Shown: positions 11,850-25,049 of the stretch, piece by piece
How the letters are laid out: every line of letters starts with the position of its first letter
Numbering within the stretch: position 1 is the first letter of the stretch
Source of the DNA: Anthoceros angustus
Taxonomy: Eukaryota > Plantae > Anthocerotophyta
Reading direction: 5' to 3'
DNA length: 64,000 bases
Assembly: GCA_010909165.1 (NCBI GenBank)
Contig: MU008226.1
Location: 79,624-143,623, forward strand
The notes under the pieces: generated by a model
Databases searched by the model: none
The model's input: only the letters and a program-made list of their open reading frames with translations
Told to the model about the DNA's origin: nothing
Program-made: the position numbers and the translations under genes

Positions 11850-13823
11850 TCCGCGGCCGACATACTGTGAGATGGTTCATCAAGCAAACTACACTCCAGC
11901 CGTGGGAATCCAGTCCAGTGATGAAGCATGTTGAGTGATGCACAAGACACTCATCACCGATCCTAGCCTTTGACAAAAATCGCGCGATGGCCATCCGGTC
12001 ATGCTTTAGATGACAACCCGGATCTATCCTCCGCATATCAAGCATCCATCATCCGCAGACGTAGGTATCACCACACTCCGACACCAATTTCTACGCCAGC
12101 AGACTCATCGTGGTAGCAAAACATCCGGACGGCAAGGCCGCTGCGCGCCATTTGCATGGTTCCAAGCAAGGCGCCACAACAGAAACCGCCAGCATGGTCA
12201 TCGCCCCAACAAGCAATCCATGAGTGATGGCAGGGAGCATAAACTAGTAATCGCAATGTCTGAAGCTTGTCCAAAAAGGCCCTTGCCTGGACTCCCAATT
12301 TTCAGTGTGATCCTGCAGACGAGTCATAGCCGGGCACATCCAACCGTGGTCGCAACGCGATGCTAAACTAGGTCGACGCCCCACCCGCAAGCACAAGCAA
12401 TCATCTAGGCGACTATGCCCATCCGCAGTCGTCACACACATGCCGCCCTATCACCATTCTCATGCACCCAGCCAGACCGTCAAGTGATTCCAAGCATAAA
12501 GATACCATCCAGTCAATTTCGCTTGTCCCGACGACGTTCTCCTCACCCCCACCGTCATTCCTTGCTTCCTGCGGTCAAACATCGACCGCCTCACAATGCA
12601 GAAATCTAGCACCCACCAGGTAGTAACATGTCGCATGCATCACACCTCTTTCCAGCAATCAGCGCAAGCCACGGTGGTAGTACAACCATCGTGTCCTGCG
12701 CCGCAGGCGCCATTTGTATGGCTCCATGCATTGGCAAAGCAGAACCCTCAAACCAGATGGTCATCGCTCGTAAGCAAACCATGAGCGATGGCTGGAGCAG
12801 CAAACCATCAATCGCCCAACCCGTCCGATCAAAGCCCAAAGCAGAGGCCCTTGCTGCGGGTTCCGATTTTCTAGTGTGATCCTGCAATGATTTAAGCAGC
12901 ACATCCCACCGTGGTAGCGCGTTACGCAAAACTAGGTTGGCGCCCCGCCGCAAGCATAAGCGATCATCCGGTAGCATAATGTCCATCTCGGTGTCGTCAC
13001 CCGTATGCTATCCCTATAAACCATTCATATGTAATCTTGTGCCCAGAACGCCAAATGAAGCGTATCGCATACCACCTATTTTCCGTCATTCAACCTACAG
13101 TCTTGAGTCGATCCCAACGGATGACAACCCAAAGACATGCATCCAATACGAGGCATCCGAAAAATGTAACAACGACACATTCATAGCCACGTCCCGCGGA
13201 TCACGAAGTATCTTGTGTTGATCACGTATTTGAAGCCGTAAGACACAAACCCTAGCAATATTGAGTCATCTATCCAACCGCTTCTAGATCATACCGAAAA
13301 AAAACTTTGAGTTTAGAAGACTAGACCATGGATGACCAAATCAAGGTCTAGCTTCTTGGATGCAAAGATGGTGTTGGTCAACACCCTCCCCTTCCTTCTT
13401 CAGCCACCAAAAGGGATCATCGGCCCGCTTCGGATCCTTGGTGAGACGGGATCCATTGCACATCCACTAATTCTAAGGTTGCATAGTGAAGTAGAAGAGG
13501 AGAAAAGGTTCAACCTTGGTAGCCATGGCTAGCTTGGGGAGGCAACGCGACAAAGAGACCAAGGTACTAAGTAAGGTGATCACGCAAATAGAGGGGGAGC
13601 AGAGAGAATGACAATCATCAAAGGTAGAGGCTAAGCATAGGAGAGGAAGGAGGAACCCCAACCAAAGTTTGGAGGAAGGGATTTCATTGGGTAGCAAATT
13701 CTATCCAACCACCGGCTCACAAGTTATATAATCCTATTGGGCAGCCATTCCTACCAATGATAACCCACAAGGAATCAACCCATCTTTAACAAACATGCAC
13801 ATAGGTCGATCCCTCATTTATAG
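11850..13823 (-). other. Gene-like unit: TATA (CTATAAAT, 13823-13816), CT-rich leader, GCCATGGCT start (ATG 13526-13524), frameshifted coding-like sequence
   Basis: Motifs are present in both copies (52332-52325; ATG 52039-52037). The product is unidentified. Confidence 0.4.
12120..13035. repeat. Diverged tandem duplication with ~570-bp period (12120-12470 ~ 12690-13035); third partial copy at 14825-14935
   Basis: Shared blocks CCATT(T)G(C/T)ATGG...GGTCATCGC...CCATGAG(T/C)GATGG and AGTGTGATCCTGCA...AAACTAGGT...CCGCAAGCA.AAGC.ATCATC. Repeated at 50.6-51.5 kb. Confidence 0.8.
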
Positions 13824-14369
13824 CCTAGTAGTATATATTAAAAGTGAAACAAGGTCCGAGGTCATAAATGTACACATGGCCCATATGAGGTGTTAATATG
13901 CCCAAGTGGGTAAGGCACTATGTCCTTCTACCAATAAAAGGTGATAGCGTTGGAAAAAGCATATTCATATTCTATTCACTCCATAGTTATCAAGAGTCTA
14001 ATGGTGCATTTTTATGGGTTAGACATCTCTAAGGTCAAAAACAAAACATATGAAAGATACTTGTAAACATCACGCTTCCAAGTTTATTATCCAAAAGACA
14101 AATAAAACCTGCATACATATTAGACTGTCTTGAATTAAAATTTATCTCAAAAATCAAGGAAAACAACCATATTAGTAAGAAAATAATAAAGGGTAAAAAA
14201 TAAAATTAATAAAAAATTCCTGCACAAATTAGTATTACGTAAACATTGAAGGAATAGATTTACTTCGTTCATCGATGGGATGTTTGGGATGGATAAACAT
14301 CATTTAGAAGCACCAATCTATGGGCACACAAAGCAAATTCATGGATCTCATAGGAACATAACTCTCTTG

Positions 14370-14395
14370 GATAGATGGATAGATAGATAGATATC
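14370..14395. repeat. (GATA)n microsatellite
   Basis: GGATAGATGGATAGATAGATAGATA; counterpart near 52880-52905. Confidence 0.8.
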
Positions 14396-15289
14396 CTAGA
14401 CTACATCGCATATGTTGCCTGACATGGTCAGGTCATTTCGCAAAGGTGATGTTTGAGATAGATGTTAAAGTCCGAATCCCATGGAAGGATCAAGTCCGCA
14501 CTATAGGTCTCTTATTCCATATACGCCTTGAGAGATCCAGATATGCCCACCCTCCTGCCAAAATATCACATTTGTATCGTGCACAAAAGATTGCGTGAAG
14601 GCATGCGCAGGTCTCGCTATTCTTGTCACCCGCTTGGTATAGTTAGACGTCCCATCCTCGAATCAACCAAGAAGTAAGGCCTTTCGGATGAAGCCGCCTT
14701 GATCCACCCACCGCAAATCCAGCTCATCCACCAGCCATAGCCGGTGCTATGCACCATATAGCACCATAGCACCATTTTCTAGCAAAAAAAAAATCCTTGG
14801 TAGCAAAAGACCGAAGCTGCCAGTGTGCCATTGTATGGCACTATGTATTGGCAGCAACATCGAACCCTCAAGCCAGATGTTCATCATTCCCAAAGAAGCA
14901 ATCCATGAGCGATGGCTAGGAGCGAGGAATCGCCCCACTCATCCGATGGAAAGCATTCAAAAGAGGCCCTTTTGGAACCAATAGCAAAACAAAGCGGCAT
15001 CCATTTGATGAGCATCGTTCCTCACCACCACAAACTCCCATCATTGCAAGAAAACCAGCCAGACGTCATGCCCTGTGATCTTAGTCTCCCACACCCATAT
15101 ATCCATTGCAACTAAGACAACAAACCCACGCCTCGTTTTCTCTCCAAGTTCAGAGTCTAAGCTATCACTTCCTTGCAACAAGATGCCCACTACTTGTATC
15201 ATTTTTCTTGACACACGGTCATTACCTGTGAGACCATCATGCATTCTCGCAAAGGAGCAAACGTCGGTCCAATCCCGAACTTGACCTCA

Positions 15290-15800
15290 CTATCCGCCAA
15301 GAAGTGCTGGGTTCCCCATGAGACTTGTGTGAAAATTCAAGGTCGTGACACCGATCGCTACCTCAGACACAACTTCTCAGCCTTCACACAGCAAGGCGCC
15401 TCGCCTCCCTCACAGCTGCACCACTTGCATCACTGAAAACGCCAACCTCGACCTACTAGCGACACAAAACAATTGCAGGTCCCGCCTCAGTGAGGAGCCT
15501 ACCACGGGCGCCTGTGGGGACCCCCATCCACACCGCGATTTCGTCCCTACTTCTAAGACCACTCTTCTCCACTCGGGAGCGCCTTTTACTTGGAGATTTG
15601 GGATTCGTCCCTTAGGCTCACCTGTGGCCTTCCACTAACACCTACACCTCTAATCCTCTACTCATCTCCTCATCCTCTCATCCTCTTCCTCCTAGTCTAA
15701 CCTCGGAGCTTCTTGGTCGAGCCTACGCACAATCACTGGGGGCCTCCACCAAGTTCTTCCTTGGGCCGGGAGTTTGACACCATTCAGGCGCCACGGAGTC
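15290..15800 (-). mobile_element. LTR remnant (R/U5 part), related to LTR 27758-28954
   Basis: Inverted similarity to 28200-28500 and 28870 (GAGTCTCATGGG, GGGGGTCCC, CCAAGGAAGAACTTG). Copy 2 (53772-54330) retains the U5-end motif GGATAAGTGGCC. Confidence 0.6.
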
Positions 15801-18500
15801 TTTCCTCAGGGCTCAATCTCCAGCCGAGTGTTCGGTGAAGCGGAGGAGAACTCTGCGAGGAAGCTACATGTGCTAACATTTTCAAGGGTTCGAGGAAGAA
15901 GAGGCTTGTTTAAGAGCAGGAGGAGGTTGTGTCACTACGAGGAAGGAGGTTGTTGCCGAGGAGTTGCCGATCAAGGGTGAGGGTCAAGAATCCGAGCCGC
16001 TAGTAATTTCAAGGTACATCTTCCGCTCTTGCAAGAGGAGGACTTTTTCGCGTGATTGTCGAGCTCTTCTAGCTCGATTTTGTCGCCGTTAGAGGAAGGC
16101 AAGAGGGTGAGATTTGGCAATGGAGAAGTTGGGGTATGAAATCTAATGGTGATATTTCGCAAGGTCTTGATCGAATTATTGCCCAACTGCCCTTTCAACC
16201 TTGCTTGTTAGGAGGATCGAGGCGCTTGTGTGCCCAAGTCTGTATAGTACATCCCGCTTGCAGCAGATTTGTTTACCGCCGATTGCAGTGGAATTGCTGG
16301 GAGGTGTGCAGTTTTGTGGACGCCCTTGACCATGATAGGAGGAAGCAGGTGGTGGGAGTCACCACCCCACAGCCAAAGAAGAGATGTGAGATTTGGGGAG
16401 AAGAAACGAGATCACATGTTGGTCCGGTTGAGAACTCCGAAGGAAGAGGGGAGTCTTTGTATGATTATGTAGGGATTTATGGTTACTTCAAGAGAGTACC
16501 ACCACGTCCACCGAAGGAGTGACCTTTCCGATAAAAGTTTGGGAAGTTCGAGGGAATGTATGATGCTATAGAAGACGAGCTAGAGTCCGGTAAGGTAGCA
16601 AGGATTTCTAAGTACCTAGTGTAGAGGAGATGGTAGAGTTGAAGAAGGTGGAGCAACATGTGAATGAAGGTCTATTTCGATCGAAAACCGAAACGGCTTG
16701 AGGCCACGATGACCGATTTCCGACGAGGAGTTGCTTGCCAGCCAAAGGGGAGGACGTGAGCATGTTGTAGACGGCCTAAGGATTGAGCAGCAAAACTTGT
16801 TGCCAGCAGAGAGGCCAAATGAGCAAGAAGGGAGAATTGTGCAGAAGAGTGCAGCAGGACAACTGGAACCGAGAGAGGATAAGAGGCGCCAGCATGGGCG
16901 CGAGGAGGAGGCTGAAATGCTCCTCAAGGGTGAGCAATGAGGGCTGCAAGGAGGCCATCACGATAAAGAAAGAAGAAAAACGACATGAGCACGCGAAGGA
17001 AGGCCCCACTTGGCGAGGTCAAGCTGTGCGCCATGAGGCCGCGAGGAGGAGAAGGCCCTAGGGAGGTGGACACGAGGGCGAAGGAGGAGATGCGCTTCAT
17101 GAAAAGTTTGAGCGTAAACCGCAAGGGAGAGTTGGCGATCCGTGGGCAATCACCAAAATTCGACCATGGAGGTGCAGCAAGGCGAGGAGGTCGCCATGGG
17201 AGCGCGATCTGACCTGGACATGAGGCTAGGCCAACAAGAAGGGAGGAAATCGGAACTTGGTTTGAAGGGAGCTTACAACGATCGCAAGCCGAAAACTTGC
17301 GATTGGCAAAGGTGGAGGAAACGGTTTTGTGAATGAGGTTGAGCATGCGTGGCAACGACGTCTGGTCTGCAAGCTAGCAGGAGGCCACGATGGTGGCAAG
17401 GATGATGGAGAAATTGCAAGAAATCGCAATTTGGAGGAAGGAGAAGTGGCACACAAAATGGTGTGCCGAGGAGTCAGGTGCGCTAGAGTGAGCGAGGATG
17501 GCTCTATGGTGATGTGTATGAAGGAGGATTGTGGAGAAATCACACCTCAAGATATGCTTGCAGTGGAATTGCAAGAAGGAGCGTCGACCAATTCACGGTC
17601 GACATGGAAATTGCCGTGAAACCGCAGCAACGTAAGGAGATCGCTAGAGCGCGATCTAGGGCTAGACATGAGTCTAGAAGGTCGGGAGATGGTGTACCAG
17701 CGATGATGCAGTGTCCACGACCAGCACGGATGCCCGCAGATCGACGCGTGAGAAGCTAGTTTTGTGAGCCGAGTTGAAGGCGGGTTGTGGCCACAGCACC
17801 AACATCCACCGTGAACAAGCTAGATGGAAACAAGCAAGGCGTGGCCTAGAGGTCAAGAGCAAGTCTTGATGCCGTTAGAAAGCCAAGGATCCGTGAAGGA
17901 GTTTTGTGCAGTGAGATGCCGCAACCTAATGAATTGGGGATTCCGAGCGAGGAGAAAGGGTGAGCAACAAGAGGGCTGCAAGTGGAGGCCACGGTTGGCA
18001 AAGGGAGAAGAGAAAACGGAGAAATCGGAGGGACTCCCACACATGGCGGTGTGGAAGCGCAGATGATGGAGCCTGAGTAGGGACGGCTCGAGGATGGTGT
18101 GCATGGAAAGGAGCGTGAAGAAACCGCGATCCAAGGGAGCTTGCAGAAAACCGCAGGAAAAGGAATTGGCGAATTCATGGGCGCCAAGGAAGCCACTTTT
18201 GTGGAGGTACGCATGTCGAGAGTATTGTCGAGGAGCGCGAGCTCTCGGGCCAGGAGCCTAAGGTTATCATGGCGTGACCACCGCTGCAAGAAGAGCAAGT
18301 TGACGCACCGCAGCGTGATACCGCAGCCGCCGATGCAAGGAGCAGCGTCCACGGTCATAATGTACATGCGGCCACCCCTATGTCCCGGTGGGGCGAGGTA
18401 GCAGGAAGTGGCGAAAAGTGCATGGGAAGAGGAGGTTAGAACGTGAAGGACTCATGTCCACGTTATTGAATGGTGAGGTATGAAATTTCTTGGAGCACGG
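15800..18500 (+). pseudogene. Long unknown coding-like region (ORF A), frameshifted
   Basis: Continuous purine-rich codon-like strand with fragments such as SQGLDRIIAQL, EEMRFMKSLSVNRKGELAI and SMVMCMKEDCGEITPQDMLAVELQEG. Conserved in 54330-57050. No recognised domain. Confidence 0.4.
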
Positions 18501-18799
18501 AATCATGCCGGATAGTTTGTCTAGGGAAGGGCGTTGTCTTTCTCCCTAGAGTCAGGCCTTATTGTCTAAGAGATGGGGTATACAAGCTTGGTTTGATGAG
18601 AAGATCCGACGTTGTTTGAAGGTGAAGGAAGCTTCTATTAAAGAAGCTTTGCATGTAAGAGGTTGAGGCCATTATCCAAAGGTAAATCACTTGAAGAATA
18701 TCTTAGATGTAGGCATTGTGGGCTTCACGGACAATGATGCAAGGGATTAGGACTATCGAATGGGATAAGTACGCCCAAGAAGGTAATTTAGAAGTTGGG

Positions 18800-21700
18800 G
18801 CGTGAGTTAGACAGAGCGCCACGTGGACGGCCCCGAATGGAAGACGCATGCAGCCAGACCGAGTATTGCCAAAGTACAGGCAGTATTCACGCCCGCATCG
18901 CGGCCAAGGCGAGTAGGCGGAAGCAAGGCAGAGTAAGCCATGCAGTGCCCCGACCACGACAAAGAGCCACCCTCCGACTGCTTCCGACGGCGAGAGGCAA
19001 GGCAGGTCATTCTTCCAAGCAACTCAGATCTTCGCATGCTCGCCGACACCCCGGGCGTTGTCTTTGTGATCGCCAGCACCTCCGGCCGCCGCGAGGGAAG
19101 CAACCGACGCCGCGCCAAGGAACGGACGATCGGAGCCTCACACTCCAGCAGGATGTATGAGCGGAAGATGGGACCCAAGAAGGCGGCGGAGGTTTGGGAG
19201 CCATGGAGCTTGGTGGAACGCAACATCGCTACCAAGCGCCACCCGGACCGGCCGTGCCGGAGGAGGCGGGAGCCGGGTCAAGGAATGGCACTGGACGTTT
19301 CTGTCCAGTCGGACCTTCGACAGCCGCCTAGTCCGGAGTACCGAAAGATGTTGGCGCCAACAAGGAGGTTCGGTCTAAGAGCCTTCGAGAGGACCTAGGA
19401 GGTGGACCGTGGAGGTCCCGAGGCGGTGTACAACCGCCCGAGGAAATTGGGGGCGAGTCCCGAACCTCTCAAGGCCGTGGAAAGATAGAGGCGGCGCCGC
19501 CGGCTGAACGCAACGAACAACCAACGGGCGTTGATGCCTGACTTGGCCGACAGAGAGAGTGAGGGCAGGGCTGTGATCATTGTCCATCGAACATGCTCAC
19601 CAAGGTAGATCACCTTGGTGACAATCACCGGTGTTCCCCGCATGCGCCGCAGAGGAAGGAGGGCGATCGAAGGATCATCTTCGCCAGATCAATCGTGAAG
19701 CCCACAAGTCGAGGTGAGAAGCTCCTCCGCTTGCTATCGCCGCTCTAATTCATGTGTGGGCACGCGAACCTCCCAAGGAGGGAGAAGAGGAAGCTGACGG
19801 GCCCACCGGAGGCGTAAGGAAGAGCGCAGAGGTGGAGGCCCGCCTGTCCGAGCAAGAGGCGCTGGAGGAAGACGATCGAGGGAATCCTGACCATACGTCT
19901 GAGCGGACTCGCCACCGAGGGAAGTGTGGGAGGACATCCCCGCCTCCTCCCCGGTGCCCCACCGAGCAACCCACGAGGAGGAGGCCCTGTATGAGCGGGC
20001 TGGCCAGCCTCCAGCCCGACGCATCACCACACCACGACGGCGACGACGACTCGCCGGGGACCAAAGAGGCGGAAGACGGTGCCACCCGCCAACGCAGCAC
20101 TCTGACGGCGCGTTCTGCCCCCCGCCAACGGAGTGGCAAGAAGCCGAGGAGGCAGAAGGGCGGAAAGGGACGCCAAGGAGCGGGAGGCCACTGCGCACAC
20201 CCGAGCCGGGTCCTGCCTCCGACCGGGAGAGGCAAAGGGTCGCCTCAACCCCTCACCCTCCGAGCCCTGTGGAGAAAGAGGGCGATAAGAATTGGCGCCA
20301 AGAGGGCTAAAGAGGTGAGGCTCGACCAGACTGGGACCTAAGGGTCCCGATTAGGTCCGAGAGCCCACCCGACTCACCCCGGCCGGTATGGAGGTCCTGA
20401 CGGACCGAGAGATGCCCGCCCCCACGACGGACTTCTGGGGCCTCACCCGCCGGGAAGAGACACGGCGGTCCTGCCACATGGATGCGGGATCGGGACCTCT
20501 ACGGACGGCCGAGAAAACCTGTGGAGGTGGAGGCAACAAGGAGGCGCATGGTGCTCCTCCGTGAGCAGATGGAGGCGCCTGGAAGAAGGCGGAAGTCCTC
20601 GCCGCATCGAGGAAGGGAAGCGGGAGGGAGCGAGGTCCGAGCGATTCAGAAGACGACTAAGGTCCTCACCGTGCAAACCGAGGTGCGCAGGAGGCCCAAG
20701 CACGGGCCAAGATCTCGCCAACGGGGGAGGCGCAAGGAGGCGGAGAGGGCTGACCGGCCGAGGCGGCCCGGCCGCCCAACATCGACAGCGAGGCTCACAA
20801 GGCAACATGAAGCGAAGCCACAAGGTCGATCGATCACTATCGACGGATCGAACCGTGGAGGGAGACGGGCCGTAGCTGGCCAACTCAAGGCCAACAAAGG
20901 CAAGAGCAAGCACGGCCGAGCCGTGAGGAGGAGCTGGAGGTCGCAAGAAATAGGGGACCTGTGTGGTGCACTGCAGGAGGTAGAGGGCGCGGCTGTGGAG
21001 CCGGAGGATGAAGGATACCTTGAGCCGCAACTCCAAGACGACGGAGCAGCAGGGGTTCTCAACGAGAGAATCCAAGACTTCGAGGAGATAGAGCGCCCCC
21101 TTCGCTTGAAGACGGAGGAGAATAGGCGACCAAGGAGTTTGACGCCGCGAGGCCGCAGCAGGAGGTGGAGGAAGCCTGAGTCGACGGGGATACCGCCCGC
21201 CCGGAGAAGGAAGTGGCGGACCTCGGAAAGGATAAACGGAGGGAAGAAAGCTGGAGGAGAAGCCGCCGTCCGGCTACGTGGAAGGGGAGCTCCCATGGCC
21301 AAAGAACCGGCGGAGCCGGGAATGACGACGGGAGGAGGAGAACGCCGAAAGAAAAGGCGCAGGAGCGGAGGCTGGTGGCATCGAGGAGTCCGCCTACCGC
21401 AATTGGTAAGCTGCAACGGAGACGGTCAGGGCCGGACAAGATGCCCACCGCCGAGCACCTCTCGCGGAGGGAATACCGGGTGCTCCGGCCCATGTGGAGG
21501 AGGTAATTCCAAGTCGATCTCGACTTGCCTACTACCACGCAGAGCTCCTCAAGGCCTGGAGGTCTTGCGCCACCCCCAGGTGTGAGCGGACTCCGTAAGG
21601 GCTGGAAGGAGGAGCGAGGAGGAAGGACCCGGGGACAGCGCACCACGGGACCCTAGGAGCTGTTGATGACAACAAAGAACAAGCAGGGAGAGCAGGAGGA

Positions 21701-21800
21701 GCCGGACGGAGGAAGGGACACCGCACGGAGGTAAGCACTGCACCGCACGGAAGGAAGGGAGGAGGCCCGGAGGCCGTGGAAGGGGCAACCGCACTGAACC
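18800..21800 (+). pseudogene. Long accessory ORF B (~1000 codons if frameshifts are repaired) ending in a coiled coil (family copy B)
   Basis: RQVILPSN..RMLADTPGVVFVIA, AAEVWEPWSLVERNIATKRHPD, DLYGRPR..EVEATRRRMVLL, GVLNERIQDFEEI, HVEE..AYYHAELLKALEVL. Confidence 0.65.
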
Positions 21801-21864
21801 AAGGGAGGGCTCATGGATGAGCCCGTGATCACCTGTGAGGAGGCGTAACAGAGTGGTCCTGACT

Positions 21865-22125
21865 TGTCCGACTCAAGGAAAGGCCAATCAAGTCCGCCCT
21901 CAAGGAAGTCCGGACTTAGAGGTCCAGACTTGATTTAGACCGACCCCGAGGTCCGGACCTGGGAAGGTTGGGCCCAGAGACCGGACCTGAGGCAAGTCAG
22001 CCCCGAGGTCAACCCGCCGGGCGAGGTCCGAACCCAAAGAAGGCCGGACAGAGGACCGGAGAGGGAAGGCGGACCCAGAGGTCCGGACCCGAGTCGAGAC
22101 GGGTCCCGAGGTCCGACTGTGGAGT
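21865..22125. repeat. GGACC/GGTCC degenerate repeat tract
   Basis: Repeated GAGGTCCGGAC(C/T), GAGGTCCAGAC, GAGGTCCGAAC. Confidence 0.85.
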
Positions 22126-22366
22126 GGGGAGAGCCACCGATCGCCCCAGCAGATCCATCTCTTGGAGGCTACAGGGGCCCGCCAGAGAGATAAGAGGAGG
22201 GAGGAGGACCTAGTGGTGATGGCTGCTGTCGTGCCGCCGGTAGCGCAGCCTGACAAACCCTCGGGGAGAGGTAGGGGTCCTCGCGGATCATCAATTGGGT
22301 GCGCCAGTGATTGTCAAGGCTCAGCCGGTGCCAAGACAATGGGGCCATCCGTGGTAGGTTTGCCTA

Positions 22367-23280
22367 GGTCACGGAGCTCGCCTCTGGCCACACTTATCCA
22401 GTTGTTGAATCGAGGTTCGATCCCAAGAGATTTGGTTCGGATTGTTAAGTCGCTCCTCACTCTCGCCTCATCATCCCGCCTGCCTACTTGTCCTCGCAGG
22501 GCAACAACCGGTGGTGCTTCGGGTGCTCGGCCCACCGCCTCCACGCCCGTGATTCCCTACTTATCCACCCCAACACTCTCCTATGCCAACTACAACGATC
22601 AACTCACTCTACAACGACACACCCATAACCAACCTCTTCACCATTCTCAAAAGAAACATAGTTCATGACCACATACAAACTCACTTCATTCGATCCCAAA
22701 TCTAACTCTACGCAACGCTCGCTTAGCACGCCTCATGCACAACCGCCTGGGTGACGGCTAACTGGGTATTTCTCTCGGCCGATTGCGTGTACAAACACCG
22801 ACGCGAGCGTAGTCGAGCGCCACCGCAGGAGGCCAACCAACAAAGAACACAGCACATCCAACAACAATCTTTCACGAGAGGAGGAGCCTCGAGCGAACCC
22901 ACCGCGAGGGCCTCCGATCAACCCCACCTTCGCCTTCTCGCCATGACGGTCACCGCACACACACAAAGGGATGCGGAGAGACGAGTGCATGGCAAGGTCC
23001 GTGTTTATTCATTCTTCCACCCTCCCTTTTATAGGTGGGGAGTCGATCGTCACCGTGCTAGTTTAATGCTAGGCGACTTGCCAAGTCCAACAATAGGACC
23101 CTTGTCACCCCTTGCGCTTCATCCTCTCACCCACCACCTTGACCGTAATATCCTATCCGCTCATACGCCGCCACTCTTAAATACTCACACTTCCCAAGGT
23201 GTGCACCACTTGGGACAAAACGTCCTATTGAAAAGGTCCCACCGACATCCCACGTCACGCTTTTGTTCGCCTCAGCTTCA
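22367..23280 (-). mobile_element. LTR (~0.9 kb), probably a 3' LTR
   Basis: Starts TG at 23280 on the minus strand, just after a purine tract. TATA CTATAAAA at 23034-23027, AATAAA at 23009-23004. Its U5 end (CTTGGGA...CAAC..GGATAAGTGTGGCC) matches the PBS-flanked LTR at 44890-44960. The left boundary is approximate. Confidence 0.65.
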
Positions 23281-23283
23281 ATG

Positions 23284-23294
23284 TCTTCCCCTTC
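23284..23294 (-). other. Candidate polypurine tract GAAGGGGAAGA
   Basis: Purine run ending 3 nt before the TG of LTR 23280. Confidence 0.5.
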
Positions 23295-23299
23295 GATGG

Positions 23300-25000
23300 G
23301 TCGCTTAGCCTTGCCCTCCTCCAGAGTCTCACCAGACTCGTAGCACCGCCTACAGCCCATCTGGTGGGTCTCCACCGTGGTAGGAGGTTCCATTCCTCCC
23401 ACGGCTGTCCTAGTGAGGTTCCTCCCCACTGCCTCGCTTCTTGTAGGCGGTTCTGCCTCCTACCATGGTTTCGATCTCGCTATGGGGTTCCTTCCTCACA
23501 CTGGTTTCATCGTGAGGTACCTCCTTCCCGGGTCTCCTCCTCCTCATCAGCCTCCTACCCGAGTAGGAACTTTGGTAGGTACCATCCTCAATCTCTTCCT
23601 CCCCGCTTGATAGCTCCACCGCCCTGGAGGTCCCATCGGCCGGAGGTGCTTCTTGACTTGCTTGTTCTATGTCCAGCCTTTCCTTGTACCAACTCAAAGT
23701 TTCACCTCCGTGGTCGCCATTCCACTTGGTGTCCGTAATGCTGAGGTCTGCTTCTTGCCTTCCTCACCGTAGCTCCTCAATCGCTTCTAGGAGGTTGTTG
23801 TAGGTCGCCACCCTACCACTCTCCTTCTTTTGTGCGCCCATGATGCGGACCTTAGTGGGATGACGCACTGTCCCACCCGGCCCCGATTTGTCACTCCTAC
23901 CAATGCGGCCTTTTCTCCACCACCGCCTCCCCTCCAACCTGTGGCAAGTCTCCCAATCTCCTTATCTTTCTCCATGGCTTCCATCGCCATGCTTTTCACT
24001 ATGGCTCGCCTTCCCTCGAATGACCAAGACCTCCAAAGATCACATCAAAACTTCCTTCCAGCCTTGCCTCCGCCTCAGTGGGTAAGGTCGCCGCCTTCGT
24101 TGTTGCCCAAAAGTTCTCTCGTAATACTTCTCGTGACCCTTGGTCACATTGTCCCATCCTTGTCGCTCTTCACCAAGCCGTCGATTTTCCCTTGTAATGC
24201 TCCTTCCGCTCCATGGCAACTAACTTCTTCGTGAGGAGGTCCTTCTCGCCTTCAAGGTCCCGCCTTGCCTAGAGATGCCGCCTCCTTCGCCGCGGCTCGA
24301 TGCCTCCTACCCTTGCTAGGTAGCTTCCAACTTTTCTTCCGCCTCCTTCCCGGCAGCCAACTCCCCTCTTGATTTTGCCTCCGTCCTAAGACCCGTCAAT
24401 CATTTCCCACACATTCACCAACTGGTGGTCATCCGTCGCGCTTTGGCCGATCTAGCACGGAGTGTTGCTTGAGGTGGTTTCGAGCTCCTCTCAATCTCTT
24501 CCTGCATCCTCCAGCTCCTTTTGTAGGTCTCAAGTTCAGACGAACTTGGCCACCTCCCGACACGTCTAGGGCGTCCATAGATCCTGCGCCACTCCTCAAA
24601 GAACTACCCTTTAGGATGCGGCTATTCTTAAACACTTCCATCGCTCCTCCTCGGCGTAGGTCACCAACCCTCCTCCGCCACTGCCTCCATCGGGCTAACA
24701 AGTCTCAAGCATTACCTCTTTGGTAGGAGGTAAAGCTCCACCGTGAGGTCCCATCCTCCTCGGGTCCTACCATGGGGGTTCTCCTACCACCGGTGTTGTT
24801 GGCCTACCAATCCTTAACCCTCCGTAGGTGGTCTCGTATCCTTTCCTCCTTCCACCGTGAGAGGAGGTACTTCATGCCTTTCCTTTTTCTTGTTGGGTTC
24901 TGATCCTGAAGCCTCATCTTTGATTCGGGGGGTGGCGGTCTCTCCGCCCCGGGCCTGCATTTCTTCATCCTCCCGGTGATGGCTCTCCTTCCACCACCCT
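23300..25000 (-). pseudogene. Divergent accessory coiled-coil ORF remnant (family copy C) and 3' region
   Basis: RIYGRPRRV at ~24585 (cf. DLYGRPRK), SLEVLV at ~24030 sharing TGGAGGTCTTG with the other copies, and TTVGG-type repeats. Confidence 0.5.
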
Positions 25001-25049
25001 CACCAGAGTAGCTTCTATCTTGGCTTCTTCCAGCTCGTTAGTGTGGAAC

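Larger units (their letters stand above)
8753..23280 (+). repeat. ~14.5-kb segmental direct duplication, copy 1
   Basis: Colinear with 47315-62205 throughout (e.g. 9128~47700, 11300~49790, 13300~51820, 16100~54650, 18500~57050, 21500~60320, 23040~61950). Roughly 90% identical by eye, with many small indels. Confidence 0.97.

Noticed and set aside
19734-21646. Many long Ser/Pro/Leu/Arg-rich overlapping ORFs here and at 45.9-47.3 and 58.4-60.9 kb
   Set aside because: They are antisense or alternate-frame shadows of GC-rich coiled-coil coding sequence with few stop codons.
21865-22125. Short-repeat tracts as a CRISPR-like array
   Set aside because: No constant repeat with regular unique spacers, no cas genes, and a eukaryotic TE context.
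22292-22306. PBS-like TGGCGCACCCAATTG on the minus strand
   Set aside because: The TGG is not kept in the homolog at ~63370 or at 45590, and no gag follows.
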